The notes beneath the pieces were generated by a model. It made no database searches. It was not told where the DNA came from and worked only from the letters and a program-made list of their open reading frames with translations. A stretch of 64,000 nucleotides of DNA. Source: a virus. The position numbers and the translations under genes are program-made. The stretch spans positions 6,025-70,024 of IMG/VR virus record IMGVR_UViG_3300003323_000465. One strand, given 5' to 3'. Below are positions 10,320-20,219 of the stretch, piece by piece (the first letter of the stretch is position 1; each line of letters starts with the position of its first letter).

Positions 10320-10835
10320 ATGTCCTTTATAGCTGATTTTACAGTCACACAGTCTAATGATGGAAGTATATTAACTTTCACAGATGTAAGTAATTACGTT
10401 TCTCCAGGAACTGGTAAGGCGGATTTTACTAGCCGTACTTTATATTTAACATTTGCTGATGGTAATCCCGCCATTGCGGTTCCATTTCCTTATACCAATA
10501 CAAATAACGCGATACAGGACATAGTTACTTATACAATTGATCGTGATAGGGCATTTGTTGCAAAATTGGAGTTAACCCAAGTGGCCCCTGATCCAACATC
10601 TATATTATTCCAAGAGGCAGCCATTTGTACTACTGAATATGTAGAAAAAGGATTGCGAAAACTGTTATCTAATTTAGATTTATGCGATTGTAAGGCAGAT
10701 AGATTGTTTAATGATATCGCTTTGGTTGAAATTGGGAAAATAGCTGCTTTGAATAGGGCTGATAGGGGAGATATTGCACAAGCACAAAAAGACATTTCTT
10801 TTGTTCAGGATAAAGTAACATTATTATTGGGTTAA
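10320..10835 (+). CDS. Putative tail-associated structural protein
   Basis: 171-aa ORF at the head of the tail-fibre operon. Confidence 0.45.
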   Translation: MSFIADFTVTQSNDGSILTFTDVSNYVSPGTGKADFTSRTLYLTFADGNPAIAVPFPYTNTNNAIQDIVTYTIDRDRAFVAKLELTQVAPDPTSILFQEAAICTTEYVEKGLRKLLSNLDLCDCKADRLFNDIALVEIGKIAALNRADRGDIAQAQKDISFVQDKVTLLLG

Positions 10836-10836
10836 T

Positions 10837-11130
10837 ATGGCTGCTGAATATTTAATAAATCCAACCGAAATAGGATATGTACTTACAGGTGCGTATGGTA
10901 GATTAATGGAGCTATTTGAGAAATACAGGAAAAATTATGGGGCGAATACCCGAAAGGATTTAGATAGAGAAAATGAAATGTTGGGGTTATATGCCCTTCT
11001 GATGTCTGCACAACATAATAACTCTGATTCGACAGTTACACAAACTCAGGAATACCAGAAATTAATTAATAAACTATATAGCCAGTTCAGCATAGAGCCA
11101 TATACCTCTCCAATAATAAATGGCGTATAA
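10837..11130 (+). CDS. Hypothetical (tail-associated) protein
   Basis: 97 aa, tightly coupled to its neighbours. Confidence 0.5.
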   Translation: MAAEYLINPTEIGYVLTGAYGRLMELFEKYRKNYGANTRKDLDRENEMLGLYALLMSAQHNNSDSTVTQTQEYQKLINKLYSQFSIEPYTSPIINGV

Positions 11131-11487
11131 ATGCTTACTAATAACCAAAATAATGATTTTTTTGGTAATTTTACCCCTATCACATCCTTTCTACCTAATA
11201 GATTGGTGGTCACTAATGCCAATGGGTATGCTGTTAGTTCTGATATTTCTATTGAGAAATTAGAAACAATTGTTCAATATGCCCCAACTATTTTTGTTTC
11301 TAATCCTATTGCTACTACGACTTTTACAAATGCTTATTTGAATAATATATATTCTATAAATGTATATCCTATTGGGTCTACATTTAAATATACTTCTCTT
11401 GTTGATATGCCAGATTCCACTGCATTAGTAACAAGGATAGGGGCTAATACATGGGATTTGAATTTAACTACAATAAAATTGACATGA
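11131..11487 (+). CDS. Short tail fibre/adaptor with shared N-terminal attachment module
   Basis: N-terminus FT(P)ITSF.PNR..VTN..GYA.SSD is shared with both tail spikes. Confidence 0.6.
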   Translation: MLTNNQNNDFFGNFTPITSFLPNRLVVTNANGYAVSSDISIEKLETIVQYAPTIFVSNPIATTTFTNAYLNNIYSINVYPIGSTFKYTSLVDMPDSTALVTRIGANTWDLNLTTIKLT

Positions 11488-13178
11488 GATATTTGAAGTG
11501 TTTTTTTTTATTTTTAACATTATTGTTAGGATATAATTTATTTTCTCAGGTACTTTGGCAGCCGCAAGGAAGTTTTGAAATGCAAAATATCCGGGCATTA
11601 AACTCATCTGGAATACCAATTAAGGATACTATAAACTGGATAGGGTTTACTAATAGGGACAGTCTGGGGTGTATGGTTATTCGGCCAGCAGATGGTATTA
11701 TTTATGTGAAAAAGAGAGGGTATTGGGCTGGATTGGCTTATACTTCTTTGGTCGCGACTAAGCTAAACTTATCAGATACTGCTAATATGCTAAATCCTTA
11801 CCTACGTAAAGGGGATACTGCATTTATGTTAAGCCCTTACTTGCGTAAACTTGATACAGCTTCTTTATCTAATAGAATAGATCTGAAAGTTAATATATCT
11901 GATACCGCTTTAATGCTATCCAAATATCTACGGAAAAGTGATACTTCAACATTAAGTACAAGAATAGATGCTAGAGTAAAATATACAGATACTTCAGTCA
12001 TGCTGAATCCATATCTGAGAAAAGGCGATACTGCAAATATGTTATCTCCCTATCTTCGTAAATCAGATACTTCTTCTCTTAATTCAAGGATAAATTTGAA
12101 ATTAAATATATCGGATACATCATCCATGTTGAATGCTTATTTAAGGAAGGGTGATACAGCTGCCATGCTTTCTAAATATTTGCGAAAAAGTGATACAATA
12201 ACATTATCTAATAGAATAAATACAAAAGTCAACATATCTGATACGGCCAATATGTTAGCTGCTTACCTTAGAAAAGGAGACACGGCTTCAATGCTGTCTA
12301 AATACCTGCGTAAATCAGACACAACCAGTATGCTCGCTCCATATTTAAGGAGATCAGATACTACCTCCATGTTAGCCCCTTATTTAAGAAGGTCTGATAC
12401 AACTGCTATGCTATCCCCTTATCTTAGGCGATCTGATACAACTTCAATGCTATCTAATTACACTAGGGCTGCTTCCAACGGGTTAACTCATAATGGGCAT
12501 ACAGATGTGTTAGGCGGTACGCTATTAAATAATACAAACATAGAGATGGCGGGATTTGGGTTAACACTTAATAGAGCTTCAGGTGTTACTGGAGCATTGA
12601 ATGTTCTTCCGCTAACAGTCGATATGAGTACTACTATAAATAATTTAACCCTAAGCAGGATTCAGCTGTGGACAGATGGTATATCTACAGGAGGTATAAA
12701 AATAGGGGATTTTTATGGCAAGGGAATGGTATATGAGACTGATTTATCTGCAGTTGGATTAACGGACCCCAGATGGATACCAGATCTTGCCGGTGTCAAG
12801 AAAGTTGTAAGTGATACCGCATCAATAAAATTAAATAAAACAGATACTGCATCGCTCTCCAATAGGATTAATATTAAGAATATTAGGACAGTGACTGCGA
12901 CTACATCAGTGGCTTTAACAGATTATACAATTATTGTAAATAATTCAGCCGCAGCCGTATTGACATTACCGACAGCTTCATCTGCATCGGGAAGATTATA
13001 TTTCGTTAAAAAAATAAGTGGAGCTTCATTAAATGTTACAGTACAGGGATCTGGTGCAGAATTAATTGATAATGCCAATACAAAAGTTTTATCAGTTCAA
13101 TATAGTGCTATTTTAATACAGAGTGATGGTACAAAATGGCATGTGCTTTCTTGTTATGCTACATCAATTGTTTTATAA
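11484..13178 (+). CDS. Fibre-like repeat protein with signal-peptide-like N-terminus
   Basis: Likely start is ATG 11484 (ATGA overlap). Many ~13-aa DT..ML..YLRK repeats. The C-terminal domain resembles that of the 799-aa spike. Confidence 0.65.
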   Translation: MRYLKCFFLFLTLLLGYNLFSQVLWQPQGSFEMQNIRALNSSGIPIKDTINWIGFTNRDSLGCMVIRPADGIIYVKKRGYWAGLAYTSLVATKLNLSDTANMLNPYLRKGDTAFMLSPYLRKLDTASLSNRIDLKVNISDTALMLSKYLRKSDTSTLSTRIDARVKYTDTSVMLNPYLRKGDTANMLSPYLRKSDTSSLNSRINLKLNISDTSSMLNAYLRKGDTAAMLSKYLRKSDTITLSNRINTKVNISDTANMLAAYLRKGDTASMLSKYLRKSDTTSMLAPYLRRSDTTSMLAPYLRRSDTTAMLSPYLRRSDTTSMLSNYTRAASNGLTHNGHTDVLGGTLLNNTNIEMAGFGLTLNRASGVTGALNVLPLTVDMSTTINNLTLSRIQLWTDGISTGGIKIGDFYGKGMVYETDLSAVGLTDPRWIPDLAGVKKVVSDTASIKLNKTDTASLSNRINIKNIRTVTATTSVALTDYTIIVNNSAAAVLTLPTASSASGRLYFVKKISGASLNVTVQGSGAELIDNANTKVLSVQYSAILIQSDGTKWHVLSCYATSIVL

Positions 13179-13189
13179 AATTTAATAAT

Positions 13190-13690
13190 ATGCTATTTGG
13201 CCCCCTTTATGTTGATCTAATATCAGATCTTTACATTTATGATTCCTTACCTCCAGGATTTGCTATGTTTACTGGAGGTAAAATAACCACTAATGATGAA
13301 CCTATTCATTCATATAGATGGGATATAAATTCATTAGCAGTTGATGATGGGTATACCGTAATTAAACCTAATACAATTTCTGTAGAAACTCCCGGTCGAT
13401 GGTTGAGGACTAAATCATATCCAGTAGCTCCAGTAATGGTAACATTCACTGGTACAACCAATCCATCAGGTAATTATTCAATTACTTATTCTACACCATT
13501 TACTTCTACTCCAAATGTTATAGCCTTAATTGTAGGCGGAAGTAATACACAATTTGTCAAATTAACATCTTCCACAACTACTGGATTCACGGTTCAGGTA
13601 ATGAATAGGAATGATGTATTGGGATTATTGCCTACGTATAGTGCAGTAAATGGTGCGATTGTTAATGTTTTAGTAACTCAAAATATTTAA
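13190..13690 (+). CDS. Tail fibre-associated protein
   Basis: DDG.TVIKP......GRW motif shared with spike N-terminal domains. C-terminal PFTSTPNV…TTTGFTV fibre-tip-like domain. Confidence 0.55.
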   Translation: MLFGPLYVDLISDLYIYDSLPPGFAMFTGGKITTNDEPIHSYRWDINSLAVDDGYTVIKPNTISVETPGRWLRTKSYPVAPVMVTFTGTTNPSGNYSITYSTPFTSTPNVIALIVGGSNTQFVKLTSSTTTGFTVQVMNRNDVLGLLPTYSAVNGAIVNVLVTQNI

Positions 13691-13692
13691 AT

Positions 13693-13875
13693 ATGAAGGC
13701 TCTTAAATTAATATTTGGCGAATCTTATAAAACCTCTATCGTAGGATATATTGTATCTGGCCTAGTGGCATATGATGGTTTACTTAAATCTGGAGAGACA
13801 GATTGGAAGAAAATAATTGTAGCTGTAGCATTAGCTGTATTTGGTCGGATTGCTGGTGATTCTAGCAAAAAATGA
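13693..13875 (+). CDS. Small two-TM membrane protein (holin-like)
   Basis: 60 aa with two hydrophobic segments, a KTS..G N-terminus and a basic tail. Confidence 0.5.
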   Translation: MKALKLIFGESYKTSIVGYIVSGLVAYDGLLKSGETDWKKIIVAVALAVFGRIAGDSSKK

Positions 13876-13891
13876 CATTTATAAATAATGT

Positions 13892-13899
13892 TATATTTG
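13892..13899 (+). promoter_or_regulatory. -7 promoter box TATATTTG
   Basis: Consensus box before tail spike 1. Confidence 0.65.
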
Positions 13900-13915
13900 T
13901 ATATATAAAAATTAT

Positions 13916-16315
13916 ATGCCAGGATCTCAATTCACTAATAATCAACGCTCAGAATTTACTGGTGGCTTTACTCCTGTCACTTCCTTTAACCCTAATAGGA
14001 TAATGGTTACAAATCAGTATGGGTATGCAACCGCATCTGATTTAACTATTGCTGATTTACAGGCGTCTTTAGGGGTTGTTAATTTTATATTTAATGATAT
14101 TTCATCCCTAAGGTCGCTCAATAATATATTAATAATATCCTTATTAAAGGCAGCTAATGTATTGGGGTATTATGATAAAACAGATGGTGCTGGTGGGACA
14201 TTTGTTTGGGATTCTACTTCAACTGAAGCTGATAATGGCGGTACTATTATTAAACCTACTGGCATAGCTGAAGGTAGATGGAAGAGGGTTATGGATAAAG
14301 CCCCTGTGAATGTAAGGATATTTGGGGCTAAGGGAGATGGAGTAACTGATGATACAGCAAGTATTATGAATGCTGCTGCTTATTGTAACTCTTTCCCTTC
14401 AGCAGGGGCGACATTATATTTTCCACAAAATGTAGGATATCAATGCTCTCAAACCGTGTCTTTAGGAACGGGGATAGGATTGTTAATGGACGGTATATTG
14501 AACTATACAGGACCTATGGATAGGCCGGCTATCGCCTGTGGGGCTGCCGGGGGGGCAACAAGTATTAGTAACCAGATATCTTATAGGGTAATGGTTAATA
14601 ATGCCACTACTTTAACGTCTGGGAATTCATGGTTAGATGAGAATTTTATTGGAGTAAAGTTCACTAATTCCTACAATTGTAATATACAAATAATAAGATC
14701 TTCTTTTTTTACTATAGGCGTACAGTGTATTGGAGATGGATATGGATTTGCTTATAACAATGTGTTTTTAAATAATATAGCTAATAATAAGTTTGGGCTT
14801 GATCTAAACAATAACTTAGTAGGCGTTACACAGGGATGGTGTAATGAGAATAACTTTTATGGGGGTAGATTTTCTGTAGCTGGTGCTGCGTTTTCTGGGA
14901 AAGACAGAACAGGTGTTAGATTAACCAGTAAGCAATCTTACAATAATAATAATAATATATTCTATAAGCCAGCTTTTGAATTAGGACAATCTTCAGCTGG
15001 CGGGGGTATAGCATTGCCTATATTGATAGAGAGAGGCGTTTTAAATACCTTTCATGACTGTAGGGGAGAATCGGTAAATATTGTATTTGTAAGGACAGAA
15101 AATACTTCTGAAAACAACAGGGTTGAAATTGGGTATTCAGATGGTAGTACTGGACAGGTACAGGATAATGGCACGCTTCCGTCTACACTCGTATCTCAAC
15201 GGCGGTTGCAGACAATGGATGGATATTTTAATACCATTTATAATTCTGGATATTTAACTAAAAAACTAACCCCATATAACAATACTGAATATTATATTGC
15301 TGATGAATTATTCTTTGGTAGTAGTTCAAATGCTTCCATCCTAGAGCATAGAACAATTACATCTATTACAAATGACTATGTAGAAATATCTTCTGCTGCT
15401 TCGATAGGGGTAAGAGTAAATACAAGGCTAAATAAGAGGTTTGTAATAAAAAGAGATTGTGATATAGTATCTGGTAATAATGGATATGGTAGGGTTTTTA
15501 TAAGATGCTATGATGCTGCTGGTACAATATTATCAGGATCTACGCCTTTTTATGCAAGATCATTTGGGTCTACTCAGTTTATTGCATCTACGGCGCATGG
15601 TGGTGGGTACTTAACCCCGGTAGATTCTGGATTGAATACATATGTGTCTTTAGACCCTGCAGTACAATATATAGATGTTTTATTTACAGGAGGATCTAAT
15701 AATGTTAGGTTGCGCTCTTTCCAGATTCAGTGTATTAATACTTATGATGGAGCAACGACTTCTGGGAACGGATATTCTAGTATCATTAAATTAAATAATA
15801 AGACTGGTAGATATGCTATTCAGGCCCCTATATCTGGTACATGGGCTGTAGGTGATATTATTAATAATTATAACCCTAGCCCGACAAGTGTAACTGGATG
15901 GAGGTGTACGGCCGCTGGTAGCCCTGGTACATGGTCTGATATAAATATATCAGCTCCTACATTGCAAGATGTTACTAATCAGGGAGCAAATACTACATTA
16001 TCTATACAGACAGGGGGCATAGTTTCTACAGGGGGAATGTCAATGCCATATAGATCTGTTACGGCTACAGGTAATATATTAGCAACAGACTATCTTATAT
16101 TGGGTAATAATACTACAGCTATTGATTTAACATTACCAGCCCCTGCTTCGGTCCCTGGAAAGATAATAGTAGTAAAAAAAATAAGCAATAATGGGTTCGG
16201 TGTTAAAGTAATAACTCCTTCTGGTACTATAGATGGAGCTACTGATTTCACCCTCTCTACATTAAATGAGTCAAAAAGAATACAAGCCTCTGCCACTAAT
16301 TGGTATGTAATATAA
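13916..16315 (+). CDS. Tail spike 1, pectate-lyase-3-like beta-helix depolymerase
   Basis: GYY..DGAGG.F.W, DNGGTII…GRW.R and FGAKGDGVTDDTA motifs, followed by an Asn/Gly-rich beta-helix. Confidence 0.8.
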   Translation: MPGSQFTNNQRSEFTGGFTPVTSFNPNRIMVTNQYGYATASDLTIADLQASLGVVNFIFNDISSLRSLNNILIISLLKAANVLGYYDKTDGAGGTFVWDSTSTEADNGGTIIKPTGIAEGRWKRVMDKAPVNVRIFGAKGDGVTDDTASIMNAAAYCNSFPSAGATLYFPQNVGYQCSQTVSLGTGIGLLMDGILNYTGPMDRPAIACGAAGGATSISNQISYRVMVNNATTLTSGNSWLDENFIGVKFTNSYNCNIQIIRSSFFTIGVQCIGDGYGFAYNNVFLNNIANNKFGLDLNNNLVGVTQGWCNENNFYGGRFSVAGAAFSGKDRTGVRLTSKQSYNNNNNIFYKPAFELGQSSAGGGIALPILIERGVLNTFHDCRGESVNIVFVRTENTSENNRVEIGYSDGSTGQVQDNGTLPSTLVSQRRLQTMDGYFNTIYNSGYLTKKLTPYNNTEYYIADELFFGSSSNASILEHRTITSITNDYVEISSAASIGVRVNTRLNKRFVIKRDCDIVSGNNGYGRVFIRCYDAAGTILSGSTPFYARSFGSTQFIASTAHGGGYLTPVDSGLNTYVSLDPAVQYIDVLFTGGSNNVRLRSFQIQCINTYDGATTSGNGYSSIIKLNNKTGRYAIQAPISGTWAVGDIINNYNPSPTSVTGWRCTAAGSPGTWSDINISAPTLQDVTNQGANTTLSIQTGGIVSTGGMSMPYRSVTATGNILATDYLILGNNTTAIDLTLPAPASVPGKIIVVKKISNNGFGVKVITPSGTIDGATDFTLSTLNESKRIQASATNWYVI

Positions 16316-16327
16316 AGTTTTATAACT

Positions 16328-18694
16328 ATGCCCGGATTTAAATTTACTGAAAATCAACGCTCAGATATTACAGGGGGATTTACCCCGGTAACTTCCTTTA
16401 ATCCTAACCGGGTATTAGTTACAAATGGTTATGGATATGCCGTTAGTTCTGATATTTTAACTTCAGATCTTGAAAGTTTAACTGGAATAGTTAACGGTAC
16501 ATTCGACTCTGTTTTAAGTCTCCGAAATATTATAAACGTTGTTACTATCCCTTTAATTAAAGAAGCGGTTTGTTTGGGATATTATACACGAGGTGACGGA
16601 GGGGGCGGTAGTTTTTATTGGGACTCATCATCCGTAGAGGCTGATAATGGTGGTACTATCATTAAAGTAAACTTACTAGCAACCGGCCGGTGGAAGAGAA
16701 TAATGGATGGATCTCCTATAGATCCTCGTATTTTTGGTTGTAAGGGAGATGATGTAACTGATGATAGTGCATCGCTGCAGGCGTGTATTAATGCCTTTGG
16801 TGGGGATGATGTAGGAGATGGGATAAATATTTGTTTCTCTAAAGGTATTTATCGCCTAAAGGATATTGCCATCCCTCGTGGAATGAAGATCTATGCTGAG
16901 CAAACTGCTAAAGATAACGTTATAGCCCATGTGCCAGTTGTGATCAGGCCAGCCGCGGGTGCCACTTATGTATTCAATTTTAATGATGATTCTAAGAACT
17001 CTTCTGTAGAGAATCTTTACATAGATGGAGATTGGCAAAATAACCTTAATCTTGTTGCTGCTATTCGTTTTTCTGGTACTTTTAACCGCTTAGAGGGCAA
17101 TAATATTGGAGCATGCGCACAATATGGTGTTTATTCTTTGGCGGGCGGTATGTACATTATAGATAATAATATCCAGGGATGGTTTGGTCCCCCTCCAGTA
17201 TTCGATAACATAGATGATTTTAGAGGCGCTTTACATATCGTTGCAGCAGGAGACTCCTATGTTATAAATAACGAAATAGGTGCTGCTGAGCCATACCTTG
17301 CAGGTCAAGTACCTAACCCAATAGATATGCTTAGAGATCCTGTAAATCGCAGGATATGTGCTATCGTTTCTGTTAACTATTTTGGTAATTCTGTCGTAAC
17401 AGGTAATATATTTGAGAACGGCGATAGAGCTGCAGTATTTAGTACAGGTCTGTATTGGTATGCTGCAGGAAACAGATATGAAATGTGTGGCGGTGGTGGC
17501 TTGCATTTGAGGGGTGTGTTTTCTTTTGGCCGGTTTATAGGGGAGCGATTTGCTAATAACAGTTTGGCTATTGATGGTGGGTTTGATGATATTGAAATAG
17601 GACCGGGGGGTATTGGCGGGGTAACTTTTATAGCGCCTTTATTTGAGAAGTTAGCTAATGCACTCATCCCAACTTCCACCTATTCCGTAAAATATAATGT
17701 ATTAAATACCAGTCCTGATACTACATGGATTGCACCTACATATGATACAACATATTACACATTAGGCCCTGTAGATAATGTAACTCCTACTAATTTCCCA
17801 ATGAAGGAGGCTATTATACAGACAGATGTAAATAATCCTGTATTTAATAGTGTTAGGTTATTTACTCCAGGTAACCCCTATGTGCAGATAGTACGGGGCG
17901 GTTCTCCAACTCTTTCTGGTGCTATCCAGTTCTGGGATGCAGATAATACATTAAGGGCAGGGATTGGTAATGCCCCAGGAACTGATATGTATTTCTCTAT
18001 GTTAAAATCAGGAGGGATATGGAGCTTTCAAGGGGCAGATATGTTCATCCAACATGCTGCTGGTGCTGATGGTGCTTCACAGGTAATATGGTCTACTGAT
18101 GGATTAGGCCCGGCTAATCTAAGACTTATAGGTGACGTAGGAGGTACTAAGGTAGGGGTTATTCAGGTGAATAATACTACTGGCGATATGCAGGTTACCA
18201 GTACCGCCGATATTAGGATGGGTGGTAATAATAACTGGGTATTTAAAAATAATGGGTTAAGCAATATACCCATAGCTCCTACAGTTGCAGCAGGAACATA
18301 TGTATTTCTTGTTAGGGATAATGCCACTGGCGATCTACAGAGTGTTACTACGGCCAACTTTTTTACATTAGTTACTACTACCCCTTCAGTTACATTAGGG
18401 CCTGGTATTACGGGAAGCGTAGCTGTTGTTGGAAATGATTCAAGAGGAACCATTGGGGTTACTATTGTATCAGCAACATTGGCGGCGGATGATCCGATTG
18501 TTACCCTTACCTTTGGTACTCCCTATGGCGCTACCCCAGGAATTACATTCAGTCCTGAAAGTGGTCTTGCAGCAACTGCCGTAGGGGGAGTGTATAAGAA
18601 GAATGCAAGTGCTACTAGTTTCCAGTTGGCTTCAGGAGCAGGCGGAACATTGGCAGCAGGCAACTACTCTTTCAGTTATGCAGTCATTAAATAA
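16328..18694 (+). CDS. Tail spike 2, beta-helix depolymerase
   Basis: Its N-terminal ~150 aa are paralogous to spike 1 (FGCKGDDVTDDSA). The rest is different. Confidence 0.8.
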   Translation: MPGFKFTENQRSDITGGFTPVTSFNPNRVLVTNGYGYAVSSDILTSDLESLTGIVNGTFDSVLSLRNIINVVTIPLIKEAVCLGYYTRGDGGGGSFYWDSSSVEADNGGTIIKVNLLATGRWKRIMDGSPIDPRIFGCKGDDVTDDSASLQACINAFGGDDVGDGINICFSKGIYRLKDIAIPRGMKIYAEQTAKDNVIAHVPVVIRPAAGATYVFNFNDDSKNSSVENLYIDGDWQNNLNLVAAIRFSGTFNRLEGNNIGACAQYGVYSLAGGMYIIDNNIQGWFGPPPVFDNIDDFRGALHIVAAGDSYVINNEIGAAEPYLAGQVPNPIDMLRDPVNRRICAIVSVNYFGNSVVTGNIFENGDRAAVFSTGLYWYAAGNRYEMCGGGGLHLRGVFSFGRFIGERFANNSLAIDGGFDDIEIGPGGIGGVTFIAPLFEKLANALIPTSTYSVKYNVLNTSPDTTWIAPTYDTTYYTLGPVDNVTPTNFPMKEAIIQTDVNNPVFNSVRLFTPGNPYVQIVRGGSPTLSGAIQFWDADNTLRAGIGNAPGTDMYFSMLKSGGIWSFQGADMFIQHAAGADGASQVIWSTDGLGPANLRLIGDVGGTKVGVIQVNNTTGDMQVTSTADIRMGGNNNWVFKNNGLSNIPIAPTVAAGTYVFLVRDNATGDLQSVTTANFFTLVTTTPSVTLGPGITGSVAVVGNDSRGTIGVTIVSATLAADDPIVTLTFGTPYGATPGITFSPESGLAATAVGGVYKKNASATSFQLASGAGGTLAAGNYSFSYAVIK

Positions 18695-18697
18695 AAT

Positions 18698-18826
18698 ATG
18701 AAATCCCTATTAAAATTCCTTAAAGAGCTGGTATCAGCAATTTTAAATGCACTTTCAAAACCTCAACAAAAAGACGGCCCCGGTGGCGGAACACACCCAC
18801 CAGATCCTCCAGGAGGGAAAGGATAA
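18698..18826 (+). CDS. 42-aa peptide MKSLLKFLKELVSAILNALSKPQQKDGPGGGTHPPDPPGGKG
   Basis: ATG lies 3 nt after the spike 2 stop. Amphipathic helix plus Gly/Pro tail. Overlaps the next ORF in another frame. Confidence 0.6.
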   Translation: MKSLLKFLKELVSAILNALSKPQQKDGPGGGTHPPDPPGGKG

Positions 18827-19163
18827 ACTCAGTGGTTATCTTATTGTAATAGGTGCCATCTCTTTTATATCGGCGTACCATATATGGGGATGGCTCTATT
18901 CAATAGGATTACGACATGCTTTTTATTCCTTTATAGCATTTGGGATGGCCTGTTGGGGATTGTATTTTAAAAGGAAGTTTAAGGAAGGGATATTAGGAGT
19001 GTTTTGTGATATTGTTTTTTGGTTGTTTTTGTTTAGTCTGGTTGATGAAATAAGACATGAATGTACTTCCTTCCATATTAATCAATATATCATTGGAATT
19101 TTAGTAATAATTTGGCGAATATATATTTTTCTCTCAAAGAACCCACGAAATGGAAAACAGTAA
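18747..19163 (+). CDS. Four-TM membrane protein of the lysis cassette
   Basis: Four hydrophobic segments. Overlaps the holin-like gene. Confidence 0.6.
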   Translation: MHFQNLNKKTAPVAEHTHQILQEGKDKLSGYLIVIGAISFISAYHIWGWLYSIGLRHAFYSFIAFGMACWGLYFKRKFKEGILGVFCDIVFWLFLFSLVDEIRHECTSFHINQYIIGILVIIWRIYIFLSKNPRNGKQ

Positions 19164-19464
19164 CCCAGAACAAAATTCCTTCTTATGGAAGGTAGGTATT
19201 TATGCAATTGGCCTTGTATTAGGGATAACAGCTAAGTTGGCGACATTAGCAGATCAGAAGCAGCTTTCGTGGGGCAAAGCATGGATTCATGGTACGATTG
19301 CGCTTTCATCTGGTTGGTGTTGTTGGTGGCTGTTGGAGTCTAAGGGTATGACAGAAATAGCCCCAGTGGCAGGAGCAGTAATTGGAAGATATGGGGATCA
19401 TATGTTATTAGCAATATGGAAGGGATTTAAGAAAGCAATATTTCCAAATATGGATGATAAATAG
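19150..19464 (+). CDS. Putative holin
   Basis: 104 aa with 2-3 TM segments, upstream of the endolysin. Confidence 0.6.
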   Translation: MENSNPEQNSFLWKVGIYAIGLVLGITAKLATLADQKQLSWGKAWIHGTIALSSGWCCWWLLESKGMTEIAPVAGAVIGRYGDHMLLAIWKGFKKAIFPNMDDK

Positions 19465-19497
19465 TTTTAGTATTTTACATTCATTAAATTATTAATT

Positions 19498-19725
19498 ATG
19501 TGGTTTACTTCGTTGGATGATAACAGTAGTCCTATCAGAGTTTATATATTTCGTGAGGATATTAGTGATATAAGATCAGGATTTAACCCTGATGAATATG
19601 ATGGGTGTTATTCAGTGGTGATTAAAAAGAATGAAGAAGAGGTTTGGATCTTAGAAGATGAGAACGAATTAAATGCTATTATAGCGGAAGAACGGAGAAA
19701 AGATATTTTGTTTTTACATCAATAA
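19498..19725 (+). CDS. Hypothetical acidic protein
   Basis: 75-aa ORF between holin and endolysin. Confidence 0.55.
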   Translation: MWFTSLDDNSSPIRVYIFREDISDIRSGFNPDEYDGCYSVVIKKNEEEVWILEDENELNAIIAEERRKDILFLHQ

Positions 19726-19727
19726 TT

Positions 19728-20219
19728 ATGACGCCGAAGGAGTTTTTTGATAAATATTATAAGGATGCTGCTGCTAGTGAAAAGGCAACTGGTGTACCGG
19801 CCGTATTTAAATTAGCACAGGCAGCTATTGAGAGCGCCTATGGTGCTAAAGCAGTAGGTAATAACTTTTTTGGAATAAAGGCAGACCCTTCATGGAAGGG
19901 GTTAACTCAACTTATAACCACTACAGAAATACATACTACTCCTAATGTCAAATATCCAGCTATTATTTCCATCACGAAGAGAGCGGATGGAAAATATAAA
20001 TATGTGGTGAAAGATAAGTTTAGGGCATATACGTCCGCAGCAGATTCCTTCAATGATCACTCTCAATTTCTCCTTAAAAACCCCAGGTACAAAGAAGCAT
20101 TCAATCACACTGATCCTATAGAGTTTGCGGCAGCTGTTAGCAAATCGGGGTATGCCACATCACCAGAATATTTATCACTATTGACTAAGGTGATCAAGAT
20201 GTTTGAGAAGATGTTATAA
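19728..20219 (+). CDS. Endolysin, GH73 glucosaminidase/FlgJ-like muramidase
   Basis: AQAAIESAYG, NNFFGIKA, FRAY and GYATSP.Y motifs. Confidence 0.9.
   Translation: MTPKEFFDKYYKDAAASEKATGVPAVFKLAQAAIESAYGAKAVGNNFFGIKADPSWKGLTQLITTTEIHTTPNVKYPAIISITKRADGKYKYVVKDKFRAYTSAADSFNDHSQFLLKNPRYKEAFNHTDPIEFAAAVSKSGYATSPEYLSLLTKVIKMFEKML

Noticed and set aside
11760-12460. Periodic DNA repeats as a CRISPR array or ncRNA array
   Set aside because: They are degenerate at synonymous positions and explained by the 13-aa protein repeat.
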